Source of the DNA: Anaeramoeba ignava BMAN
Lineage: Eukaryota > Protista > Anaeramoebae
Direction of reading: 5' to 3'
DNA length: 64,000 nucleotides
Assembly (NCBI GenBank): GCA_028826165.1
Contig: JAPDFW010000001.1
Coordinates: forward strand, 41,355 to 105,354
This document shows positions 12,485 to 22,500 of the stretch, in pieces. The notes beneath the pieces are model-generated. The model saw only the letters and a list, made by a program, of their open reading frames with translations, had not been told where the DNA came from and searched no databases. A program made the translations under genes and the position numbers. Numbering within the stretch: the stretch's first letter is position 1; the number at the start of each line of letters is the position of its first letter.

Positions 12485-15472
12485 ATGTCAAGAACAGGAA
12501 GAACTGCAGGACCAAGAAGCCAAGAATGGGTACGATTACAACGAAAAATTTTTTCGCGATGGGTTAAACAAAAATTATTAAGAACCAGACCAGAAATCCA
12601 AGTGAACGATGTAGTAGATGATTACAAAGATGGAGTAATGCTATTGAATCTAATCGAAGTATTAAGCGAATCAAAATTTGAAGGGAAATACAATCAACGA
12701 CCCAAAATGTCAGTTCATCGAATAGACAATTTAAACAACGCATTAAAATTCGCATGGAGTAAGGGAGTTGATATGAAGGTGAAACCGTCGGCAGAGCAGC
12801 TAGAAAAGGGGGACCAAAAGGCAGCACTAGCTTTGACTTGGGGAATCATGATGAAATTCATTAAGATTGACGATGGATCGGGCGGAGAAGCCTTGAATGC
12901 AAAGGATGCACTTATGATGTGGTGCAAAAACAAAACCGCAGGATATAAAGGAGTCGAGATTACTGACTTCAAGAAGAGTTTTGCGGACGGATACGCTCTG
13001 TGCGCAATCATCCACAAACACCGTCCAAAATTAATTGATCTTTCCAGTTTGGATCCAAATGATCCAATTAAGAACCTGCAGATTGCCCAGGACGCTGCGG
13101 AGAAGTACTTTGGCCTGGAAAAATACATCACGCCTGATGAGATTAGAAAACTTGATGAGAACTCAATGGTTGTTTATGTCAGTGAATACTACTACGGAAT
13201 TGCCGAGCAAAGAAAACTTGATTTGGCAGCTAGAAGAATTAAAAAGCTAATTGTTTTGACAAAAGAAAATGACAGGCTAAAAACTGAATATAATAAAACC
13301 GCCAAAAATTTCAAAGACACGCTCAAGCGCGTCGAGGTTGTTCTCGAGGACAGAACAATCGACAACACCATGGCGGGTGCAAAGCTGCGTCTGGAGAAGT
13401 TCTACGAGTACAAGACAAAGGAAAAAAGCTCGCTCATTTCGGATCAATTGGATCTTGAGTCAAATTACAACAATTTGGCTATGCGTCTCGCCCATCACAA
13501 AAGACCCGAATTCAAACCCGAGAAAGGGTGCTCCCTCAAAGAGGTTGCCCAGGATATGCTCCATCTCGAGGAGTGCGAGCAAGAGAGGAAAGTGGCTCTT
13601 CATGCTGAGCTCAACCGCCAGCTCAAACTCGTCAACCTTGCGACACAACACGAGTCACGCTTCAACAAACTCTCAGACTACTTCAACGAAAAGCAGGCTT
13701 ATCTTAATCTCAGAGAGGAAATCGACTCCGTTTCTGCCGCTCATTTCCAACTTAGACTCCTCGACCGTTACCAAAAGGAGAATGAAACTATGATCAAAAC
13801 CGGAGTCGCTAATTTGAAGAGTTTGTCCGCTGAATTGAAACAAGAAAAATACGAATACCAGGCCCATATCGAAGACCACGACAAAGATATCGATGCTAAA
13901 TTCAAAAAACTTGATGAGTTGGCTAGGATCAAGAAACCCATTCTTGATGACCATTTGAAACGTGAGGAATTTATCGTTAAAGTCAGACAAATGAATGATG
14001 AGCATAAAGACAAATACAACAAACTCGTCAAATGGTTCCAAATCAAAAATGCTTATTTGCTCATCAAAGAGGAAATTGACTCCGTTACTCTTGCATCCAA
14101 AAACTTGAATATCTTCGGTTCTTACGTCAAGGAATATGAGAAATATAAGGACTATGATCTTGTTGAATTTATCAAATTGGGAAAAGAAATTTTGGCTCAA
14201 GAATACAAAACAGAACATTCTCATTATGTTTATGATATTACTGAATACCAAGGCAAATCATTCAATCAAAACAGATTTGCTGATATCACTAACAGACACG
14301 ACGACATGGATGCTAAATTCAAGCAATTATCAGAATTGGCAAACGAAAAGAAAGGATATCTTGATGAACAGCTGAGACTTGAAACCAAGAAGGAAGAATT
14401 GCGATTGGAATTTGCAAATTTGATTTCGGAATTCACGGCTTATGTCAAATTGGAAATTGAAAATGCAAGTCTTCGTGAGTTTGGATTTACACTTGAAGAA
14501 GTTGAGGCGTACAAGAAAGTGATTGACGAGACTGATAAACAAGTTTTAGGAAATGCAAGCAAGATGAAGGAGTCATGCGAGAAGGTGAAAGTTGAGATGG
14601 ACGAGTACAAAGTGACGAATAATCCGTACACTGGGCTCACAATAAAAGACTCCGCAACCTCCTTCCAGACACTCCAAGACGCACTTTCGGAGCGAACAAA
14701 AGCCTACGAAGCTGAGCTTAAGCGCCAGCGAGAAAACGACGAGTTGTGCAAGAAATTTGCGCAGTTGGCAGATCCGTTCTCGAAATGGATCACTGAACAA
14801 AAAGATCAAATCACAGCTTCAAAGGAGTCGCTTGAAGTGCAGCTTGCGTTTGTGGACAAATGCATCTCGAGCTTGTCGACAGAGCAAGCCAAGTTGCAGC
14901 CCTTGAAGGATCTCCAGGAAAAGATGGACAAAGCAGGAATCCAAAACAACAGACACACTACATTGACATTAAAAGATTTGCTAGTTCAATGGGGACAATA
15001 TGAGAACTTTTTGAAACGCAAGAAGAAGATGCTTGAGGAGGAGATTGAGCACCAGAAACTGCGCGGTATTACTGCCGAGCAGATGCAGGAAATTGAAGAG
15101 AACTTCAAGCAATTTGATTTTGACAATTCAGGCACTATTGATAGAAAAGAGCTTACTGCTTGTCTTTATTCTCTTGGGGAAGAGAGAACCCCAAAGGAGA
15201 TCAATAAAATCATGGAGGAATATGGTGATGGCAAGGATATTTCTTATGAGCGCTTCAAGGATTTCATGATTGTTTTGTTTGGTGATACAGATACTAAAGA
15301 CGAGATTATTAATTCCTTTATTTTGATTAATCGCGGCCACAAAGTTGCTAAGAAAGATCTTATGGAATTAGTTATGGATGACCAAGATATTGAGTATATT
15401 CTCAAAACTGCTCCTCAAGTTGATGAGGGTTATAATTATCATGCTTGGACTGAAGAAGTTTTTTCACGTTGA
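12485..15472 (+). CDS. ACTN: Alpha-actinin (two CH domains, spectrin-repeat rod, EF-hands), intronless, 995 aa
   Basis: QRKIFSRWV and DYKDGVMLLNLIEVLS (CH1); AKDALMMWCKNKTAGY...SFADGYALCAIIH (CH2); helical rod; EF-hand DFDNSGTIDRKE. Confidence 0.95.
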   Translation: MSRTGRTAGPRSQEWVRLQRKIFSRWVKQKLLRTRPEIQVNDVVDDYKDGVMLLNLIEVLSESKFEGKYNQRPKMSVHRIDNLNNALKFAWSKGVDMKVKPSAEQLEKGDQKAALALTWGIMMKFIKIDDGSGGEALNAKDALMMWCKNKTAGYKGVEITDFKKSFADGYALCAIIHKHRPKLIDLSSLDPNDPIKNLQIAQDAAEKYFGLEKYITPDEIRKLDENSMVVYVSEYYYGIAEQRKLDLAARRIKKLIVLTKENDRLKTEYNKTAKNFKDTLKRVEVVLEDRTIDNTMAGAKLRLEKFYEYKTKEKSSLISDQLDLESNYNNLAMRLAHHKRPEFKPEKGCSLKEVAQDMLHLEECEQERKVALHAELNRQLKLVNLATQHESRFNKLSDYFNEKQAYLNLREEIDSVSAAHFQLRLLDRYQKENETMIKTGVANLKSLSAELKQEKYEYQAHIEDHDKDIDAKFKKLDELARIKKPILDDHLKREEFIVKVRQMNDEHKDKYNKLVKWFQIKNAYLLIKEEIDSVTLASKNLNIFGSYVKEYEKYKDYDLVEFIKLGKEILAQEYKTEHSHYVYDITEYQGKSFNQNRFADITNRHDDMDAKFKQLSELANEKKGYLDEQLRLETKKEELRLEFANLISEFTAYVKLEIENASLREFGFTLEEVEAYKKVIDETDKQVLGNASKMKESCEKVKVEMDEYKVTNNPYTGLTIKDSATSFQTLQDALSERTKAYEAELKRQRENDELCKKFAQLADPFSKWITEQKDQITASKESLEVQLAFVDKCISSLSTEQAKLQPLKDLQEKMDKAGIQNNRHTTLTLKDLLVQWGQYENFLKRKKKMLEEEIEHQKLRGITAEQMQEIEENFKQFDFDNSGTIDRKELTACLYSLGEERTPKEINKIMEEYGDGKDISYERFKDFMIVLFGDTDTKDEIINSFILINRGHKVAKKDLMELVMDDQDIEYILKTAPQVDEGYNYHAWTEEVFSR

Positions 15473-15539
15473 TTTAATTAATTTTTTTTAAAAAAAAAAC
15501 ACAATAATAATAAATCAACGAACTTAACCAAAACATTTA

Positions 15540-18500
15540 TTAATTTTAAAAATATGAATTAAAAATTAAATAAAAATTAAATAAAATATGAAATAAAAAT
15601 TAAATAAAAATTAAATATAAAATGAAATATAAATTAAATAAAATGTGGAATAAAAATTAAATATAAATTAAATAAAATGTGGAATAAAATGTGGAATAAA
15701 AATATTAAATAAAAATTAAATAATAGAAATAAAATTAAATAAAAATTAAATAAATATTAAATATAAATTAAATAAAAATTAAATAAAAATATGAAATAAA
15801 AATGTGGAATAAAAATATTAAATATAAATTAAATAAAATGTGGAATAAAATGTGGAATAAAAATATTAAATATAAATTAAATAAAATGGAATAAAAATAT
15901 TAATTATAAATTAAATAAAATGTGGAATAAAAATATTAATTATAAATTAAATAAAATATTGAATAAAAATATTATAAATTAAATAAAATGTGGAATAAAA
16001 ATATTAATAATAAATTAAATAAAAATATTAAATAAAAATGTGGAATAAAAATGTGGAATAAAAATATTAATTAATTTATTTATTAAAAATTAAAATTATT
16101 ATTTAAAATATTAAATTTTAAAAAATAAGAAAAAATTAAATTTAATTAAAAAGCCATAGTTTAATTTTAAATAAAATATGGAATAAAAATGTGGAATAAA
16201 AATGTGGAATAAAATATTAAATATAAATTAAATAAAATATGGAATAAAAATGTGGAATAAAAATATTAAATATAAATTAAATAAAAATGGAATAAAAATA
16301 TTAAATATAAATTAAATAAAATGTGGAATAAAAATATTAAATAAAATGTGGAATAAAATATTTAAATAAAAATATTAAATATAAATTAAATAAAAATATG
16401 AAATATAAATTAAATAAAATATTATTTATTAATTAAATAAAATGTGGAATAAAAAATAATAATAAATTAAATAAAATGTGGAATAAAAATATTAAATATA
16501 AATTAAATAAAATGTGGAATAAAATGTGGAATAAAAATATTAATTAATTTATTTATTTATTAAAAATTAAAATTATTATTTAAAATATTAAATTTTTAAA
16601 AAAAATAAGAAAAATTAAATTTAATTTAATTTAAAAAGCCACCTTAGCTCAGTTTTAATTTATAAATTAAATATAAATTAAATAAAATATGGAATAAAAA
16701 TATTAAATATAAATTAAATAAAAATATTAAATAAAAATGTGGAATAAAATATTAAATATAAATATTAAATAAAAATGTGGAATAAAAAATTAATAAATAA
16801 AATAAAAAAAATGTGGAATAAAATGAATAAAAATATTAATTAAAAATTAAATAAAATGGAATAAAAATATTAAATATAAATTAAATAAAATGGAATAAAA
16901 ATGTGGAATAAAAAATTAATTTAAATTAAAAAAATGGAATAAAAAGCCAAATATAAATTAAATAAAATATGGAATAAAAATATTAATTATAAATTAAAAA
17001 AATGTGGAATAAAAATTAAAAAAAATAAATGTGGAATAAAATGTGGAATAAAAATATTAAATATAAATTAAATAAAATATGGAATAAAAATATGAAAATA
17101 AAAATATTAAATAAAATGTGGAATAAAATATTAATATTAAATTAAATAAAATGTGGAACAAAAATATTAATTATAAATTAAATAAATATGGAATAAAAAT
17201 ATTAATTATAAATTAAATAAAAATATTAACATAAATTAAATAAATATTAAATAAAATGTGGAATAAAAATATTAAATATAAATATTAAATAAAAATGTGG
17301 AATAAAAATATTAATTATAAATTAAAAAAAAAATAAAAATTAAAATAAAAAATAAAAATGTGGAATAAAAAATATTAATTATAAATTAAATAAAATGTGG
17401 AATAAAAATGTGGAATAAAAATATTAAATATAAATTAAATAAAATATGGAATAAAAATTAAATAAAAATATTAAATAAAAATATTAATTATAAATTAAAT
17501 AAAATGTGGAATAAAAATATTAAATACAAATTAAATAAAATATGGAATAAAAATATGAAATAAAATAAATAAAATGTGGAATAAAAATATTAATAATAAA
17601 TTAAATAAAAATGTGGAATAAAAATATTAAATATAAATTAAATAAAATGTGGAATAAAAATATTAATTAAATAAATTAAATAAATAAAATGTGGAATAAA
17701 AATATTAAATAAAAATATTAAATATTAATTAAATATAATGTGGAATAAAAAATGTGGAATAAAAATATTAAAATAAAATGTGGAATAAAAATTAAATAAA
17801 AATATTAAATAAAATATGGAATAAAAATATTAATTATAAATTAAATAAAACAAAAATAAAAACATTAATATAAATAAAATAAAATGTGGAACAAAAATAT
17901 TAAACATAAATTAAAAAAAAATGGAATAAAATGTGGAATAAAAATATTAATAATAAATTAAATAAAATGTGGAATAAAAATACAAATATAAATTAAATAA
18001 AATGTGGAATAAAAATATTAAATAAAAATGAAACAAAAATATGGAATAAAATGTGGAAAAAAAATATTAAATAAATTAAACAAATGTGAATAAAATGTGG
18101 AATAAAAATATTTAAATATAAATTAAATAAAAATATTAAATACAAATTAAATAAAAATATTAAATATAAATTAAATGAAATATGGAATAAAAATATTAAA
18201 TAAATTAAACATAAATAAAATAAAAAAAATAAAATAAAATTAAAAAAAAAAAAATAAAAATTAAATATAAATTAAATAAAAATATTAAAAAATAAAACGA
18301 AAAAAAATGTGGAATAAAAATATTAAATATTAATTTAAATAAAATATGGAATAAAAATATTAATTATAAATTAAATAAAAATATTAAATAAAATTAAATA
18401 ATAATTAAATAAAATGTGGAATAAAAATATTAATAAAAATTAAATAAATATTAAATAAAAATGGGAATAAAATGTGGAATAAAAATATTAATTATAAATT

Positions 18501-19362
18501 AAATAAAATATTAAAATAAAATATTAATTATAAAATTAAATAAAAATATTAAATAAAATATTAATTATAAATTAAAAAAAATATGGAATAAAATGTGGAA
18601 TAAAAATGTGGAATAAAATGTGGAATAAAAATATTAAATAATAATTAAATAAAATGTGGAATAAAAATATTAATTAATTTATTTATTAATTGAATAAAAA
18701 TATTAAATATAAATTAAATAAAATGTGGAATAAAATGTGGAATAAAAATATTAATTTATTTATTTATTAAAAATTAAAATTATTATTTAAAATATTAAAT
18801 TTTTAAAAATAAGAAAAATTTAAAATTTAATTTAAAAAGCCACCTTAGCTCAGTTTTAATTTATAAATTAAATATAAATAAATAAAAATATGGAATAAAA
18901 ATATTAAATATAAATGAAATAAAATGTGGAATAAAAATATTAAATATAAATTAAATAAAATATGGAATAAAAATATTAAATATAAATTAAATAAAATGTG
19001 GAATAAAATGTGGAATAAAAATATTAATTAATTTATTTATTTATTTATTAAAAATTAAAATTATTATTTAAAATATTTAATTTTAAAAAAATAAGAGAAA
19101 AAAATTAAATTTAATTTAATTAAAAAAGCCACCTTAGCTCAGTTTTAATTTATAAATAAAATATAAATAAAATATAAATTAAATATAAAATGAAATAAAA
19201 ATATTGAATATAAATTAAATAAAATGTGGAATAAAATGTGGAATAAAAATATTAATTAATTTATTTATTTATTTAATAAAAATTAAAATTATTATTTAAA
19301 ATATTAAATTTTTAAAAAAAAAAATAAGAAAAAAAAAATTAAATTAAATTTAATTAAAAAAA
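15540..19362. repeat. 3.8-kb intergenic satellite built on AAATGTGGAATAAAA / ATATAAATTAAAT, with higher-order units ending in tRNA 5' fragments
   Basis: Dozens of TGTGGAATAAAA and TATGGAATAAAA copies, all on the + strand. GCCACCTTAGCTCAGTTT occurs at 16638, 18839 and 19128. Confidence 0.9.
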
Positions 19363-19436
19363 GCCACCTTAGCTCAGTTTGGCAGAGCGCTTGTCTTGTA
19401 AACAAGAGGTCCCTGGTTCGAGTCCAGAAGGTGGCA
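19363..19436 (+). tRNA. tRNA-Thr (anticodon TGT)
   Basis: Cloverleaf: GCCACCT/AGGTGGC acceptor stem, GCTC/GAGC D-stem, CTTGT-CTTGTAA-ACAAG anticodon arm, GGTTCGAGTCC T-arm; no intron. Confidence 0.95.
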
Positions 19437-19460
19437 TTTATATTTTTTTTATTTTTTTTA
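19437..19460 (+). terminator. Pol III oligo-T terminator
   Basis: T8 run at 19443-19450 just after the tRNA discriminator base. Confidence 0.6.
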
Positions 19461-19514
19461 TTTTTTTAATTTTTTAATTAATTTTTTTTCATTTTTCTCT
19501 TTTCTTTTAAAAGA

Positions 19515-22500
19515 ATGAAATTAAGAATTCATCAAACAAGAACTCTTTTAAGAAAGAATTGGATTCAATCAAAAAGAAATTTAAAAAGCACTTTGTAAAC
19601 AATTTTTAAAAAGATTTTAATAATATTTCTTTATATTTTTTTGATCAAAATTAAATGAAATTAAATGAAATTAAATGAAATAAATTTTTTTGATACGTAT
19701 CAATTAAATTTTTTTTCTTTATTTGATCATTTAATTACATTTTTAATCAGAAACCATTTTTTTAAATACATCAAATTTTATTAATTTTCACTAATTAAAT
19801 TAATTTGATTTAAACTTATAAATTTTTCATTTTAAATTTTTAAACTTAATTTAGATGCACAATTTTGGTTCCAGTTATTTTTAATGTTCTTCTTCTGATA
19901 TTTGGAGCAATTATTAAAGCATCAAGATTAGATGCTAATAAAGGAAAGTAAGCTAAAAAATTTTAATTTTAATTTTAATTTTAATTTTAATTTCAAAATG
20001 AATTTTAATTTCAATTTCAATTTCAAAATGAATTTCAATTTCAATTTTAATTTCAAATTGAATTTTAATTTCAATTTTAATTTCAAAATGAATTTTAATT
20101 TCAATTTTAATTTTAATTTCAATTTTAATTTCAATTTTAATTTCAAAATGAATTTTAATTTTAATTTTAAATTGAATTTTAATTATAATTTCAAAATGAA
20201 TTTTAATTTTAATTTCAAAATGAATTTTGATTTCAAATTTAATTTTAATTAAAAAAGACAGAAATCCAAAACTTGAACCAATTAATTTCCCAAAATGTGA
20301 TACAGTAAGTTAAATTCAAAATCAAAATTAAAAAATTTTTTTAAATTAAAAAAAAATATTTCTTTATTTACAGATAGCATGTTATGACTTTGTTTACAAT
20401 GAAAAAAACAACACAAAAGTTCAAGAAATTGTTCAAAAAGTATTTTCGTTTATTTAAAACTAAAAAAAAGACAATATAATTTAAAAAAAAAATCAATTTA
20501 AAGATTTGTGATAATGAAGGAATAAATAAAGCAACTAGTACTTTGGGTTTTGATACAGCGAATGAAGTAGATTATTATCTCTCAAATAATACCAACAAAA
20601 CTTATGTTGGATATATGTTTTTACTACCAAATGGATCTTATAACGATATACCAGATACAACAAATGTAATCATTTTTTTTTAGGAAAAAAATAAAAAGAA
20701 GATCCAAAGAAGAATAAAAAAAAATGAAACAAAACAAAAAGAAGAAGTTATCAAAACTTGAACTAACCAAAAAAAAATAACAAAAAATTTGAACTAATCA
20801 AAAATAAAAAGTTCTCAGTAGTAGTGAATCAATCAACCATATATCAATCTACAGGACTTGATGATTTTTTGGATGTTTTTGTTCCTGCTCAATATGCTTT
20901 ACAGAAAGCCTTGTTTGAAGTTCTTCAAAATAAATCAATGAGTTTTGATGTGACGACAATGAAATATCCTCATCCTCAATTAACACCTACAGATGCTATT
21001 CCTATAATGGCTCCTACTTTTTATTTTTGGTCAGCTTTGTTTCAGTTGGTTATTCAGATGACACAAATTGTTCAAGAAAAAGAATATCGGCAAAGATTTG
21101 GGATGATTGTTATGGGGTTGAAGGGTAGTTTTATTAAAATCCATTTTTAAATTAAATTTAAAATTGAAATTCATTTATAAATTAAAATCCATTTATAAAT
21201 TAAAATTAAAATTGAAATCAAAATCAAAATCAAAATTGAAATTAAAATCAAAATCAAAATCAAATTTAAATTAAAATTAAAATTAAAATTAAAATTAAAA
21301 TTAAAATTATAATTAAAATCAAAATTAAAATTAAAATCAAAATTAAAATCAAAATTAAAATTAAAATCAAATTTAAAATTAAAATTAAAATTAAAATTAA
21401 AATTAAAATTCAAATCAAAATTGAAATTAAAATCAAAATTAAAATTAAAATTAAAATTCAAATTGAAATTAAAATTAAAATTAAAATTAAAATTAAAATT
21501 AAAATCAAATTTAAAATTAAAATTAAAATTAAAATTAAAATTCATTTATAAAATTTAATAAAAAAGGTACATCTTATTGGATATCATGGTTCATCGCTAA
21601 CTTCATCACAATTGTGATCTCAATATTCTTACAAATCGCAACTGGAGCAATGTTTCAATTTGAATTCTTTTTAGAAAACGCATTTGGAACATATTTCTTT
21701 TTATTTTTCCTTTTTGGATTAACAACGATCTCATTAGCATTTTTTTTCACTTCAATTCTTGGAAAAACAAAAACAACAACAACAGTAGGATTTGTGATGT
21801 TTTTCTTTTTCACTATACTAAACGCAATAACAACGAACGTAATCTTCCAATCGAGCGTACCAAGCTGGGTGCGTACTATACTCTCTTTTCTTCCGCCAGT
21901 GGTTTTCTCGAAGGGAGTGTTTGATCTCGCGGATAAAACTTCAGCTCCGCAATTTCACGGAATCAGATGGGCCGATCGCGGGCACAACGCAAGTATGTAC
22001 TCGCTTACGACAATATACAACTGGCTCATCTTGGATTTCGTCATCTTCTTTGTTCTCGCGCTTTATCTGGACAACGTCGTTCCCTCTTCTTCAGGAATAG
22101 CAAGACATCCGTTATTTTTCCTGCAGAAATCTTATTGGACTGGAAAATATAAGAAAAAAAAACAAACACAAATCTCTTCAGAAACAGACAATTTGCTCGA
22201 TGCAGATGTTCTCCAGGAAAAGAAGATGATTGCAGACGGCGAGTCTCCAGAGACAACCGCAGTCTCCATTGTCAATCTGACCAAAGTGTTCAAAAAAACA
22301 CTTTTCCAAAAAAAAACCGATTTCAAAGCAGTTGATTCTCTGTTCCTAACGCTGCGCAACGGTGAGCTACTCGGCTTGCTCGGACCCAACGGATCGGGCA
22401 AATGCCTTGGTTTGGGAACGCCTGTCATAAAGTACAACGGCGATGTTGTTCCCGTGGAAACAATCTCGATCGGCGATGTTCTTCTTGGCGACGATTCTTC

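Noticed and set aside
12564-15340. Overlapping and antisense ORFs within actinin (likewise within ABCA and the VWA insert)
   Set aside because: Shadow ORFs of GC-richer or low-complexity coding sequence with no recognisable motifs.
15540-19362. CRISPR-like array
   Set aside because: The intervening sequences are degenerate copies of each other rather than unique spacers, no cas genes are present, and the context is eukaryotic.
11620-19362. Alpha-actinin as cargo of a transposon with inverted GTGGAATAA-containing ends, or as a retrocopy/HGT because it is intronless and GC-richer
   Set aside because: No transposase, true terminal inverted repeats, TSD or poly-A scar. Other long exons show the same central GC rise.
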